Source: Octopus vulgaris
Lineage: Eukaryota
Assembly: GCA_951406725.2 (NCBI GenBank)
Contig: OX597825.1
Location: 29,202,001-29,266,000 of the forward strand
Length of the DNA stretch: 64,000 bases
Direction of reading: 5' to 3'
The notes under the pieces were generated by a model. That model was given only the letters and a program-made list of their open reading frames with translations, was not told the DNA's origin and ran no database searches. Below, piece by piece: positions 12,909 to 26,509 of the stretch. Position 1 is the stretch's first letter. Every line of letters starts with the position of its first letter. Both the position numbers and the translations under genes were made by a program.

Positions 12909-13786
12909 GCAATGATGAGATGATGACAACAATGATGAAGATGATGTGAAGGATGATGCTTAATGATATATACTCTGGCATTTAAATTAAATACAGTCAT
13001 AGTAAGCAGACTTTCAAAATAGTTGCTTTTTTTCAGTCACTTTTTACCTAAAATCTTTGAAAAATGGTTGGCATTTCATTTTATAAGTTGAATAAACGTC
13101 AGCCAAATTTCAGAATTCTCCACCCCAATTGAGGATAAAAATCACTCAACTACTTTATAATAGAGAAATTACCAAAGCTAATGAGGGACAGTGATTGCTG
13201 GTGTGGAATGGTGGAATGCTTTTCATTTGTGAGTTCTTGAAAAGACAAGTGTCAACACTGAGCCTAAGTATTTTTCTTTCCTATTATTCTGTAGAGCACA
13301 CAAATGATCAACATGTTACCACAGTCACGAACTGCTCTGGAGTGATCTGTGCACCAGAAAACACTTGTATTGAGTACCTGTGAAATGGTCAGCACACTGA
13401 GAGAACAAATGGCTCTTTAACCTATGAATACAAAGAAACCATGTGAGCGAGCCAAGTCAGCCTTCTTACCTGTGCATTGTACATAGTTTTATAAAATAGA
13501 TGCTTCAAGTTTAAACGATAATGAGTATTTATAAATATATGTTTTAGCTGACAATTTTGAGGGAACAGATTAGTCAATTACCTCTGTATTTGTGTTTTTA
13601 CCCCAAACTTTAGAGGTACTGGGTGGCAAACTTCTTCCATCAGGTTTGGTCAGCTGCTACCCTTGCACATCTATTCCACAAAATGATGACTGTCCTTAGG
13701 TAATCTTGAAATGTATTGTATTGCACATTCGATGTATGATATAATGGGATAATAATAATGTCCTCACAAATCGTTCTACTCAAGAT

Positions 13787-14007
13787 GCCTATTTCTTTAC
13801 TACCCACGGAGAGGACAAACAAGGACAGACAAACGGATTAAATCGATTACATCGACACCAGTGCATAACTGGTACTTAATTTATCAACCCCAAAAGGATG
13901 AAAGGCAAAGTTGACCTTGGCGGAATTTGAACTCAGAACATAGCAGCATACGAAATACCGCTAAGCATTTCACCCGGCGTGCTAAAGTTTCTGCCAGCTC
14001 ACCACCA
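13787..14007 (-). mobile_element. SINE family B, full length with 13-bp TSD
   Basis: Flanked by ttctactcaagat at 13774-13786 and 14008-14020. The minus strand carries a tRNA-like head (GAGTTCAAATTCC B box). Confidence 0.92.
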
Positions 14008-14358
14008 TTCTACTCAAGATACTGGTAATAACCCTCAACAACATGCAAATCTCAGCTTTATTCTCTGCCAAGGCTCTTTGTGTATGTCCATTTATATTGT
14101 GGCACAGTCTATTAGGAGCCAACCAATAGGGGCATTCTACTTCCACACAACAAAATGTCTGCAGTCCAGAGATCTTTGTCCAATCCCTTTTATACCTTTG
14201 AACAGGTGGTACACATATCATGGCTATTTCTGAGTACCATTGATTGGTTAGACCAGTGGTTCTCAACCAGGCTCCATTTGGCCTCTGAGGGGTCATGTAA
14301 GATTTTTTGAGGTCCATGCAGCAAAATAGTATATTGGAGATCCACAAAAATATTTTAA

Positions 14359-14578
14359 CCCTTTCGTTACTGTATATATTTTGAGATGCTAAGTGTTTCT
14401 TTCAATTACTTTAAATATAACAAAGAATTTAGTAAAATAATTTAGTTATCATTCAGCTAGTGTTAGGAACATAAATTGTGACTAAGGATTGGTGGAAGGT
14501 TTTAATTCAAAACTTATGAAAACAAGACATTTGTACTCAGAGCCAGAGGCAGTTTCAGCCAGTTTGGTAATGAAAGGG
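14359..14578. mobile_element. piggyBac-type MITE, copy 1
   Basis: TTAA|CCCTTTCGTTAC ... GTAATGAAAGGG|TTAA, i.e. TTAA TSD with CCC/GGG termini. Confidence 0.9.
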
Positions 14579-14609
14579 TTAAGGATTGTTTCTCTATTAT
14601 ATATTTTAA

Positions 14610-14829
14610 CCCTTTCATTACTGTATGTATTTTGAGATGCTCAGTGTTTCTTTCAATTACTTTAAATATAACAAAGAATTTAGTAAAATAACTTAGTTAT
14701 CATTAAGCTAGTGTTAGGAACATAAATTGTGACTAAGGATTGGTGGAAGATTTTAATTCAAAACTTATGTAAACAAGACATTTGTGCTCAGAGCCAGAGC
14801 CAGTTTCAGCTGGGTTGGTAAAGAAAGGG
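14610..14829. mobile_element. piggyBac-type MITE, copy 2
   Basis: TTAA|CCCTTTCATTAC ... GTAAAGAAAGGG|TTAA. Highly similar to copy 1 but not identical. Confidence 0.9.
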
Positions 14830-15127
14830 TTAAGGGCCCCTGAAAAAATTTCCCTTTAGATGTATGTATTGGTATGTATTGCAAGAAACAGCAAAGTTTC
14901 TTTCTTGAAAAACAAAATAGGAATTTTAAAAGAAGTTTTTATAAAACTAGTTTTTAAACATTGAATGTCTATGAGGGTCCACCAGAATAAAATAGTAATA
15001 AAAGGGGTCCATAGATAAAAAAAAAAAAAAGGTTGAGAAACTCTGTTCTACTCAGAGAATGGCTCTGCCAAGAGGGATCAGCAATCTGCTAAAATCTTTT
15101 GACTATTATTTTTTTATTACCTACATA

Positions 15128-15532
15128 GGTCGCAGGAGTGGCTGTGTGGTAAGTAGCTTGTTTACCAACCACATGGTTCTGGGTTCAGTCCCACTGCATG
15201 GCACCTCGGGCAAGTGTCTTCTACTATAGCCTCGGGCCAACCAAAGCCTTGTGAGTGGATTTGGTAGACAGAAACTGAAGGAAGCCCGTCGTATATATGT
15301 ATATATATATATATATATGCGTGTGTGTGTCTGTGTTTGTCCCCCTAGCATTGCTTGACAACCGATGCTGGTGTGTTTATGTCCCTGTTACTTAGCGGTT
15401 CGGCAAAAGAGACCGATCGAATAAGTACTGGGCTTACAAAAGAATAAGTCCCGGGGTCAAGTTGCTCGATTAAAGGCGGTGCTCCAGCATGGCCACAGTC
15501 AAATGACTGAAACAAGTAAAAGAATAAAGAGT
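15128..15532 (+). mobile_element. SINE family A, full-length young copy
   Basis: Complete head, internal (TA)/(TG), body ending cagcatggccacagtcaaatgactgaaacaagtaaaagaataaagag. Confidence 0.93.
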
Positions 15533-16179
15533 ATAGGGAAGATAGGCAAAGTTGATGTCTATGGATTCAAATTCAAAATGGAAAGACTTGGGGAAAGAAG
15601 GCATTTTATTCAATACTCTAGTAACTCTACTAAACCATCAGATTTTGCCAATCAGTGCAAATATGAAATCAAATTGAACTCAACATTTTATCTGACTGAG
15701 ATGAAATTTATCCATCATCCACTTAACACTCTGGAAGAACGAGTTATGTACTAAATGGAAGAATTCTTGTGATTTTGGAAAGTATTAGATTTAGCTTTCA
15801 GAGTGTCTACTTACAAGTAATTGACATCTGCTGCTGAAAGTTAAGTACTTTGTTGGTAATGGACACAACATAGCTACCAGTGGTCGCAATATATATAATT
15901 TCATGTGTGTGTGTGTGTGTGTGTTGTATGTGAATGCATGTGTGTATATGTGTGTGTGTGTGTTTGTGTATGCGTTTGTGTGTGTGCATGTGGTAAGAAG
16001 TTTACTTGTGAACCACGTGGTTCCAAATTCAGTTTCATTGTGTGTTCTCTTGGACAAGTTTCTTCTGACATAGCTCTAATCTTACCAAAGAAGTGCAAGT
16101 GGATTTAGTACAGAAGAAGTACAAAAAAAGTACAAAGGGGATCACAGGATGAGGCACAACTGTAATACAAAAGTATAGC

Positions 16180-16382
16180 CTTGTCTTCTTCTTGTCTTGA
16201 GACAGCATTCACCCAGGGTGCGATGAGCTGGCTTCATACATTCTCAATGCTGCATCTCTCACAAACGCCGACCATGCCTGGCGATTTGAGGCCACCGATC
16301 GCGTGATCCCCAACCACTCCCTATACCAGCAGCAGACGCCATAGACATGGGGGCCTTTGTTGGGTTCCAGATCAGCCTTGAC
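16180..16382 (-). mobile_element. 5'-truncated RTE-clade LINE, 3' end (lineage 1)
   Basis: Minus strand 16382-16209 translates VKADLEPNKGPHVYGVCCWYREWLGITRSVASNRQAWSAFVRDAALRMYEASSSHPG*. This resembles RTE ORF2 C-termini (K.DLE...GP.V.G...W...W......A.DR.AW....RD) and is followed by a (caaga)-type short-repeat tail. Confidence 0.8.
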
Positions 16383-16859
16383 TTGTAATACATTGTAGTA
16401 ATATCGCCTTGTAATACACTGTCATTGTAATTCTGCTCGAAAATTGCATTAAGAGTACACATCTCTGTGAAGAAAGATTTCTTTCTATTAAAAATTATAA
16501 ATTATAGAAATAAAATCTTATAAAATCAGAATGATACAAATCTTCAGGAAGAAAATTTTGTATTGTTTAAGTGCTTTCGCTGTTTACAGCTTCTCAGACA
16601 CATATACCTTAAAGAGGACAACAATTATATATCCGCTGCATCGGAAATCTGCAATGGTTCCTTAACTACTGCCTCAGCTATAACCTTGGAGCCCCAGTAA
16701 TCCATTACAGCACTTACCTCATGTGCCTAATCATTTAGATCACCTGCGAACTAAGCCCCATACATTGTATATATATATGTGTGTGTGTGTGTGTGTATAC
16801 CCCCTCACATACACACACACAAACACACACACACATACATAGTCACATATGAACACTTG

Positions 16860-17180
16860 CAACTGTTGGCTAGAGATAAGATACAGCGATGCACAACAGA
16901 TTCCAGTTAAGCCACCAAAGGACAATACAAAATTCCTGGAGGACCCCTTTCGAGAAATGGCTTATGCATCATTACTAATCTCTTTTCATAAGCCTTCCAA
17001 GTAGATTAACCAAGATTATCTAATAGTGGCGCAAATGGGTATAAGCTCTTTTCTGTGACATTCTCCACCTGTGTGAATCTAGCAACTGAAGCTGGAATTG
17101 TCTTTGACTCCCATACTATGGTCAAGTTCATATTGGTGCTTTGCAAAATGATTTAACTTGGCAAGGAAATTAGAGTTTCT
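16860..17180 (-). mobile_element. Possible highly decayed CR1/L2-like LINE ORF2 fragment
   Basis: Minus strand has remnants such as accatagtatgg (TIVW) and gtggagaatgtcacagaaaagagc, reminiscent of the VW.P...LE.VQ.RA motif. Multiple frameshifts and stops. Confidence 0.3.
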
Positions 17181-17267
17181 TTTCAGACATAAAGTATACT
17201 GACAGCAATTAGTAAAGAAAGCATTAATTATTGATTATATTTTCATTTTGCGTATTTGTGTGCTTAA

Positions 17268-17349
17268 TATAATAATAATAATAATAATAACAATAATAAT
17301 AATAATAATAATGATGATAATGATAATAATAATAATAATGATAATAATG

Positions 17350-17433
<84 letters not shown>

Positions 17434-17541
17434 GTAATAATAATAATAATAAAAATGATAATGATGATGATGATAATGATAATAATAATAATGATAATAA
17501 TAATAATAATAATGATGATGATAATGATAATAATAATGATA

Positions 17542-17582
<41 letters not shown>

Positions 17583-17586
17583 AATG

Positions 17587-17617
<31 letters not shown>

Positions 17618-17660
17618 GAAGAAGAAGGAGAAGAAGAATGATAATAATGATAATAATATA
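17268..17660. repeat. Long (ATA)n/(ATG)n trinucleotide microsatellite
   Basis: About 390 bp of ata/atg triplets. Source of the poly-I/M/Y/H ORFs. Confidence 0.97.
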
Positions 17661-17724
17661 TGCGAACATATATATGCAGGTGCATGTGTGTCTACTTATG
17701 TTTATGCACATACAAATATCTATA

Positions 17725-17762
<38 letters not shown>

Positions 17763-18517
17763 ATACATATACATCTATATATATGTATGTTTGTGTGTGT
17801 ATGTATGTATATATAAATATATATATAAATGCATATATATATATATATATATGCGAATGAAATTGCATGTGTGTGTGTATATGTGTGTGCATATGTGTGT
17901 GTGTGTGTGTATGTATGTATGCACATGACACACACATTTACACACAAAGAAAAAAATTGCATGCATGTGTATGAGTGTATGTGTGTGTGTTGGTATATTG
18001 TTTTTCCTCTCTTTATTCATCCAAAAGATGAGTTAATTATGATGTGTCACAATCAGAATATGTAGCTGTCATCTGTATTTAGATTACATGGAATGTGTTG
18101 TAAGGTTGTTAATCTTTTTTTAATTGCCTCAGCTAATTTATCGGAGAAAAAGGGTTGCTTCCTTTTGCATCAAATGTGTAAATCTGGGATTCATTAGCTG
18201 AGCCCATTAACAGCAGCAGAAAACATGTGATATTATTTTCTATGTCAGATATCTATGGAAGTGTGTATGTGTGTGATGTATATCCATCCCCACCACACAC
18301 ACACACAAACACACACACGCACACACACACACACATTCACACACATGCATGTATATACATATATATAATATGTATGTATTTACATATATATGTATATACA
18401 TTTCCAGAGAGAGAGAGAGAGTTAGTGAAAGAATGTATGACATTTGTCTACATATATATCTACACATGTATCCATACTCATGCAAATGCACATGTACATA
18501 TATGTATGTATATATAT

Positions 18518-18583
18518 TATATGATATAGCTATGAATGCACATTCATATGTATGTGCATATATCTATATTTCTCTCTCTCTCT

Positions 18584-18636
<53 letters not shown>

Positions 18637-18774
18637 ATGTGTGTGTATATATATATATACACACACACACGTACATATATATGTGTGTGTGTGTGTGTGT
18701 ATTGTATGATATAGCTATGAATGCGCATTCATATGTATGTGTATATATCTATATTTCTCTCTCTCTCTCTCTCT

Positions 18775-18818
<44 letters not shown>

Positions 18819-18860
18819 CACATATATATATATACATATATATGTATGTATATATGTGTG

Positions 18861-18911
<51 letters not shown>

Positions 18912-18912
18912 G
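18518..18912. repeat. Tandem duplication of an about 185-bp microsatellite-rich unit
   Basis: tatgatatagctatgaatgc(a/g)cattcatatgtatgtg...tttctctctctctcttacatat occurs at about 18520 and about 18705. Confidence 0.85.
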
Positions 18913-19598
18913 ACTAGACTTTAAGTTTAGTGGTTTAATACTTTTACTGCTCTATTCTTTAGTGTGTGCTTCTTATTCAGATATCACACACACACGCACA
19001 CATATGTATGCATACACATACATGTTTGAGTGTTTTGTGTATTTGTATGCATTAGCATATATATCTACACATTATACACTGTATAAGTCCAGGTGTGAAT
19101 GTGCACACATGCAATGCAACTACGAGTAAACATTATTCACCATGTGCATGCAATCTAACATTAATGTGCACAAATGCATCACAGCTACATTTGAACATGA
19201 TTACAGCTATCTGCGTATTTGTGCATGTCGTATAACTACCATGTGTGCATTGTGGGGAAGCATGTATATTTGTCAATGAAGTAAGCTGTGCAATGACTAG
19301 TCTCTAATACAATATTGATTTCTTAATTAGGCTCAACACCAAGAGAAAGTGAATGATAGATGAAATCAGGTGTAGTGTATTATTAGTACTTATCTTATCA
19401 AACCACATAGGAATGGAAGTTTAGAGTCAGCCCTGCCAGGACTAGAATTCAGAAATTCCAGAGGAAAAAAGGAAAGGAATTCTTTAATGTGTTTCTTCTG
19501 ATACCGATTTTAGCGTTTTAGCCATTTTCCTGTTTTCTCATGCCTTATATCAACCCTGGTGTACAAATATCATTGGAATAGCCAAAAAAGACCGCGTA

Positions 19599-19677
<79 letters not shown>

Positions 19678-19738
19678 TTATCTATCTATATATATATATA
19701 AATGTATGTATGTATATGTATATATATATATGTATATA

Positions 19739-19892
19739 GGCGTGGCTGTGTGGTCACAAGCTTGCTTCCCAGCCACTTGGTTTGGGTTTCAGTCCCACTG
19801 TCTTCTACTGCTGCCTTGGGTTGACCAAAGACCAAAGCCTTGTCAGTGGATTTGGTAGAAAGAAACTGAAAGAAGCATATTGTATATGTATT

Positions 19893-19971
<79 letters not shown>

Positions 19972-20184
19972 GTGTGTTTATGTCTGTGTTTCTCCCCCCA
20001 CCATTGCTTGACAGCTGATGTTGGTGTGTTTATGTCCAATAACTTAGCTGTTTGGTAAGATAGACCAATAGAATAAGTACCAGGCTTACAAAGAAGAAGT
20101 CCAGGAGTCAATTTCTTTGATTAAAAGGTGGTGCTCCAATATGGCCACAGTTGAAATGGCTGAAACATGTAAAAGAATAAAAGA

Positions 20185-20185
<1 letters not shown>
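19739..20185 (+). mobile_element. SINE family A copy with expanded internal (TA)n
   Basis: ggcgtggctgtgtgg head through tgaaacatgtaaaagaataaaag tail. Confidence 0.88.
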
Positions 20186-20232
<47 letters not shown>

Positions 20233-20469
20233 CGAGAGAGAAATAGAGAGAAAGGGAGGGAAAGAGAGAGAAATGGAGAGAGTGAAAAAGAAAGAAAGAG
20301 AGACAGACAGACAGAGACAGAAAGCAGGGGGTAAGAGAAAGAAAGAGAGAGAGAAATGGAAAAGCACACACAAACATATATATATAGACACACACACAAA
20401 CAATCACATATAAATAAATACATACATGCATATGTGTGTGTATTTATTTTCAAGTATGAATTAAAAACA

Positions 20470-20600
20470 GTGGGATTGCAGTTTCGATTCCCAGACCTGG
20501 CGTTGTGAGAGTTTATCGACTGAAAACGCCTAAAGCTCTTCGAGGCTCCGCCAGAGGGTGGTGGCGAACTCTGCTGTACTCTTTCTCTTTCTCTCTTTTT
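20470..20600 (+). mobile_element. SINE family E, 5' fragment
   Basis: ggattgcagtttcgattcccagacctggcgttgtgagagtttatcgactgaaaacgcctaaagctcttcgaggctccgccagagggtggtggcg matches 23690-24000. Confidence 0.8.
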
Positions 20601-20924
20601 CTCTCTCTATTTTTCTCTTTCTTTCCCTATGTGTGTATATCTATCTATCTATCTATCTATTTATCTATCTATCTATATATATATATATATGTATATGTAT
20701 ACACATACACATACACTCACAGTAGTTGTTGTTTTATGCCTGCTATGAAAGTATATTTGTGCTTTGAGCTGTTCACTGTGCAAAAGATCCTGGAGAATAA
20801 ATACCTTTTACGTGAAAATAGATAAAGGTTAGCAACAGGTAGACCGTCTGGCAGTAGAATAATGCTTTAACAGATTTCATGGAGAAAAAGAATCAGGCTT
20901 AATAAATATGAAGGCTGCAATAAG

Positions 20925-21115
20925 AATGATGACAACAACAACGATAATGATGATGACGATGATGACGATGGTGATGATGATAATAATTATAATGATGCTG
21001 ATGATGATGATGATGATGATGATGACGATGACGATAGTGATGATGATGATGACAATGATGATGATGAAGATGATAATGAGAATGATGATAATTATAATGA
21101 TGCTGATGATGATGG
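20925..21115. repeat. (ATG/ACG/ATA)n trinucleotide microsatellite
   Basis: Degenerate gatgat array. Confidence 0.9.
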
Positions 21116-21721
21116 TGAATGAGATTGTAGGAGGGTTGTTTTCCATTAGTCATTAAAACGAAGGGCATTAACTCAGCACCCCCCCAAATTTTTTCTCTGT
21201 TCTTCTCACCAGTCACTCGTTCAATATTGTAATGTTTTCAATGACCATAATAATTTGGAATTAACAATATGCCTTCTATGCAGGAGTAATAAAAGCACCA
21301 TTACAATATTGTGTATTTAGATTTATATGCATGTGCGAATTTATCAGTGAATTTACATAGGTATGAGTGTGTATGTGTGTGTGAGTGTGTATGTGTTGGT
21401 TTAAGTGTAAATGTGTATGTAAAGGAATGTGAGATGGTGGATTGGTCTGCATGTGTATATATGCTAATGCTTATATCCGAGGTTTTGGGTGTTTGCGTTT
21501 GTGTGTATATAAATATATGTATAAGTGCCTGTTTATGTAAGTATATATATATATATATATATATACGTATATTTATATGTGTGTATTTATATATATGTAT
21601 GTGCATACATATATGTGTACATATATCTGAATGTATGCATGTGTAGATATATATACATATATATGTGTGTGTGTGTGTGTATATGTATAATATAACACAC
21701 ACACTCACACATGCATATCTT

Positions 21722-21769
<48 letters not shown>

Positions 21770-21801
21770 ATATATATACATATATATACATATATATATA
21801 T

Positions 21802-21847
<46 letters not shown>

Positions 21848-22395
21848 AATATACATATATTTATATATTTATATCTTACGCACTCACACATATATGCATA
21901 TGTATATACATGTGTGTAATGTGTGCTGTGCCTTAATGAGAATTTATACGAGATATATTTGCAAAGATTGTGTTTGTATATTTACTATTATAAAAGCACC
22001 ATAAATATGATTAATTGCTCCAATAAACAATGTATAACAAATGCTATTGCTGGGTACCATGTAAAGCATGCCAACACTAAGAGTGCCAAGCATAACATAT
22101 TAACGACTTTTAACACAATTGCTGTTTAACAAGTCTCTAACAACTTTTCACTCATTAGTTTGCACTGTAAGGTCCCTACGATAATTTCTCTATTGCTGTT
22201 TCGCTAAAGTGACTTGTGGTATTTATTGAATTACGTTGTTTTATTTTCTGTGGCTTCTACCAATAAAATTCCAAACTATTACAGCTTAATAGTTGAAATC
22301 TGAGAATCCAAAGTTCAAGAAATTTTGAATGTCTTCCCATTTTGCTAAGCTTCAGCTATTATTCCAGTAGGAATGAGGAATTTGGTGATTGTGTT

Positions 22396-22530
<135 letters not shown>

Positions 22531-22770
22531 AAAGCCATTTTATCAACCGTGGTGTCAATAGGGGAAATACTGGAAATTTTTGTTTTCACACAATCACAAG
22601 TGTGGTTATGAGGTTAAGAAGTTTACTTCGCAACCAAGTGGTTTGGGGGGTTCAATTCCACTGTATGGCATGACACTTTGGACGAATATCTTTTCCTCTA
22701 GTCTCAGGTCAGCCACCTCCTCGTGAGAAGAATTAGTAGAAGGAAACTGATGATGGTGGATTACTTATTT

Positions 22771-23153
22771 ACTCTTTACTCTTTACTCTTTTACTTGTTT
22801 CAGTCATTTGACTGTGGCCATGCTGGAGCACCGCCTTTAGCCGAGCAAATCAACCCCAGGACTTATTCTTTGTAAGCCTAGTACTTATTCTATCGGTCCT
22901 TTTTGCCGAACTGCTAAGTTACGGGGACATAAACACACCAACATCGGTTGTCAAGCGATATTGGAGGGACAAACACAGACACACAAACATATATACACAC
23001 ACACATACATATATATATATACATATATACAACAGGCTTCTTTCAGTTTCCGTCTACCAAATCCACTCACAAGGCTTTGGTCAGCCCGAGGCTATAGTAG
23101 AAGACACTTGCCTAAGGTACCACAAATTGGGACTGAACCCGGAACCATGTGGT
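22771..23153 (-). mobile_element. SINE family A copy (head clipped), convergent with an older plus-strand head at about 22600-22750
   Basis: (actctttt)n tail, family A body, ends at gggactgaacccggaaccatgtggtt. Confidence 0.9.
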
Positions 23154-23689
23154 TAATTGAATCTTTTATGATTGCATTAAATAAATAAAATTCTACTGAA
23201 ACTGCTGTCGTAAATTTTAAATGTCTTTTGTGTCTACATTTTATCCCTACACCATACCAAGAACCTATCCCTGAATCAGATCTGTGCTTTCAAATGGAGT
23301 TGGTACATGCATATCTAAAGTATCCTCCCAACACTCAATGTGCTTAATGTTGTTTATTTCACTATGAGCTCTACATCATTGGATTTAGCCATTTCAGGCA
23401 TCCTGTGAGTTGATGTGCTTTGATTCTTGATAATCCTCATAATAGAATTATATATGTATATGTGTTTAGGGAGAGAGAGAAAGTGAGTGGAAAAGAAAGA
23501 GAGCAAGGTTATGGAATTTTAGTCCTACATGAAAATTAAATATATTTTGTGAGAATGTTTCTTTTGCCAGCTTAAATCGAGAGGCTCTTAGTGAATTAAT
23601 GGGAGAATCATAATTTGCTTGCCATCTTTAATACCACCATTTATGCATGTGTGTATTTATGTATATATATATATATTATATGTATTCAT

Positions 23690-24000
23690 TTCCAGTTTCA
23701 CCCTTTTCAAGCCTAGCCAGGCTCATGGGCCCAGTTTCCCGTTTTCTGTGGCGTGTGTTCCCCTCCAGCTGGACGGGACACCAGTCCATCACAGTGTTAC
23801 TTAAGAAACAGGAAGAAAGAGTGAGAGAAAGTTGTGGTGAAAGAGCACAACAGTGGTCGCCACCACCCTCTGCCGGAGCCTCGTGGGACTTTAGGTGTTT
23901 TCGCTCAATAAACACACACAACGTGTGGCCTGGGAATCGAAACCGTGATCCTCCGAACGCGAGTCCACTGCCCTAACCATTGGGCAATTGCTCCTCCACA
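23690..24000 (-). mobile_element. SINE family E (tRNA-derived), full length
   Basis: Minus strand head tgtggaggagcaattgcccaatggttagggcagtggactcgcg...GGTTTCGATTCCC, later tgtgatggactggtgtcccgtccag (V-domain-like motif). Homologous to 51814-52110. Confidence 0.88.
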
Positions 24001-24023
24001 TATTATGTATATATATATATACA

Positions 24024-24168
24024 TGGCGCTAAGAAGGGCATCCAGCTGTAGAAGCTCTGCCAGATCAAGATTGGAGCCTGGTGCAGCCATCTGGTTCACC
24101 AGCCCTCAGTCAAACCGTCCAACCCATGCTAGCATGGAAAGCGGACGTTAAACGATGATGATGATGAT
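24024..24168 (+). mobile_element. Family C retroposon, 3' part
   Basis: aagggcatccagctgtagaa...ggaaagcggacgttaaacgatgatgatgat. Confidence 0.9.
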
Positions 24169-24192
24169 ACATATATATATATATATATATGT

Positions 24193-24447
24193 ATCATCAT
24201 CATCATCATCATCGTTTAACGTCCGTTTTCCGTGCTAGCACGAGCTGGACGGTTCGACTGGGGTCTGGGAAGCCTGGAGGCTGCACCAGGCTCCAGTCTG
24301 ATCTGGCAGTGTTTCTACAGCTGGATGCCCTTCCTAACTCCAACCACTCCGAGAATGTAGTGGGTGCTTTTTACGTGCCACCGGCACAGAAGCCAGTCAA
24401 GACGGTGCTGGCATCTGCCACGTTCGGATGGTGCTTTTTACGTGCCA
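24193..24447 (-). mobile_element. Family C retroposon, tail-to-tail with the previous copy
   Basis: Reverse complement of the family C consensus, beginning (atc)n-gtttaacgtccgttttcc. Confidence 0.9.
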
Positions 24448-25564
24448 TATATATATATATATGTATTCATATATATATATATACATTTACACATTTGATA
24501 GATAGACAATCAGTTGATTGAATATAATAGGAAGAAACGAAGTGATGAGACTATGAAGATTATTGTGAAGTAAAGATTGGATGATAATCACAGAGGCATT
24601 AGCTTTCAGGTCTGTGAGATATGTAAAATTTATTCTGTTGCAGGAATCTCTCATAGAGGCCAGTAAGCAGAAAGGTGTTTGAGTTCTTTAATAGAGGATA
24701 TGAAAATATTATTACTGAAAGAATGATAAAGTGTCTATTTATATAGAATTTATTTATTGATCTTTTTTTTTGTTTTTTTTTTGTTTTTGTTTTTACCTTG
24801 TGACATGATGATTGTATAAGCAAAGCTCAGATTATTGTTAGAAAGTTGCGAGAAATGAAATTGTGATAAAAATCACATGAGGGGAAAATAAAATATAGCC
24901 TGACAATTATCTTAGAATTATCTGGAAAATGGAGTCTGTTGATCAATTTCTCTTACATTTCACTATTTTACATCTGTTTTTCATCTTGGCATGAATTGGA
25001 TGAAATTGCAAAATTGAACATAAATTCATTGACAAGTTATCTTAGGCAATGTGCCCTTCTAATGCTAAACACTTCATCATCGAAAAATCAAATCAGATAC
25101 TCCTGCATTGTGTAATGCCTCAAGCAGTCAGTGCGGTTGATTGTTTTCGGTCTATATCAAATCACTGTATATTTTTCTATTGTCATCATCATCGTTTGTT
25201 TTATATCTACATTTTTCCGTGCTGGCGTAAGTTGGACAATACTTGTTGAAGCAGTATGCTCTGGTCTGGTGTCTTTCCTGGTTCCAACCCACTCTAGTTT
25301 TTCAAATAAGAGCCAGTATCAAGAACAAAGTAAAATTCTTTATTCGACCTCTCATGAACAGTTGTGCTGCCAAACTTTTGGTTTATGGGGACAGTAATAT
25401 TCTCACCGCCAGCTGAATGATGTCAATATTAAGACAACTAGATACAAACACACATACACAAGCAAATACACCACACACAAACACACACAAACACATATGC
25501 ACATAAGCATACACATATGCACATACATGTATTATATGTATGTGCGTCTGTATATATATATAAA

Positions 25565-25689
25565 TTGGCCTGCTCGCTTAGCCAGCAGGGTGGCATCATT
25601 TGAAGGCTAAAAAACAATGTGAAGCGCATTGTGACCAGCGATGTGTAGCAACATCTGATAGCTTGGTCGGTCACGGTGATCATGGTGAT
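25565..25689 (+). mobile_element. 3' end of a short retroposon sharing its tail with the RTE fragment at 35521-35687
   Basis: Ends tgtgaccagcgatgtgtagcaacatctgatagcttggtcggtcacggtgatcatggtgata and is embedded in (TA)n. Confidence 0.65.
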
Positions 25690-26002
25690 ATATATAAATA
25701 GGAAAAGTGGCACAACAAGCACCAATGTTTGCTTGAAATAGCAGTCGATAACTGTATAATGCTATGTAAAGCATCATTAAATGTATATAGGCAAAAATGT
25801 GTGTGGGTGATGAACATAACAAATTTTTGTCTTACCTTTTGGAAGAATGCTGGATAAATGGACAACTTAGAATGGATAACCTAACACCTGAGTCTTGGAC
25901 TTTCCAGAATACATTTGTTATCATAAATCAGGTTAGTCTTCATCAGCTGGGCTCACTGAAGACAAAATTTAAAATATCCACTACATTAATATAATATGTG
26001 TC

Positions 26003-26039
<37 letters not shown>

Positions 26040-26041
<2 letters not shown>

Positions 26042-26192
26042 TGTGATGTTTCTATCTACCAAATTTCACTTGTAAAGCATTGATCAACTCAAAGCTACAG
26101 TAGAAGACATTTGCCTGAGATGCCATACTGTGGGATTGAACTTGAAACCACATTATAGCAAAGTGAATTTTATCACATAACCATACCTGCAC
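26040..26192 (-). mobile_element. SINE family A head, old copy
   Basis: gtttctatctaccaaatttcacttgtaaagc...tagaagacatttgcc...gaacttgaaaccac. Confidence 0.7.
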
Positions 26193-26509
26193 CTATTTCC
26201 ATGCCAGCACCTATTGTGCCATTAAGAAAATGGAAGCCACTTAATTTTTGATGATCCTCTTTTTCATTGGTTATCTGCAGCTCAGTTGAGAGCTTTGACC
26301 ATAAGTCTTTTCCAAGGAGAGTTACAGCAAGCACAAATGCTGATTGTATAAGGTTTTCAACATTCAATGTTATTAGGGTATCCTACATATGTCCTTACTT
26401 CTTTACAAAGATTTTCTCTCTTGTACCTTGGGTCAGTATAAAATATTTAGTGTTGAAAACATCCAATCTGTCCTCTGGCTGGTTTTTATGTGACTGTTTT
26501 TATGTGACT

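Larger units (their letters stand above)
14254..15045. mobile_element. hAT-type MITE carrying two nested piggyBac-type MITEs
   Basis: Terminal inverted repeats cagtggttctcaacc (14254) and ggttgagaaactctg (15031-15045) differ at 2 positions. CAG...CTG ends are typical of hAT elements. Confidence 0.75.

Noticed and set aside
15121-15351. Recurrent peptides such as RASFSFCLPNPLTRLWLARGYSRRHLP and [23 protein letters not shown] in many ORFs, resembling a gene family
   Set aside because: They are antisense translations of SINE family A copies.
19110-19131. 14-nt minus-strand match to the 3' part of miR-33 (gtagttgcattgca)
   Set aside because: The seed region mismatches and there is no precursor hairpin. 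Likely chance.
26173-26367. Minus-strand ORF ...LLGKDLWSKLSTELQ... considered as a gene exon
   Set aside because: No splice support. At most it resembles a decayed CR1/L2 C-terminus (G.KLWN.LP.EL), too weak to call.
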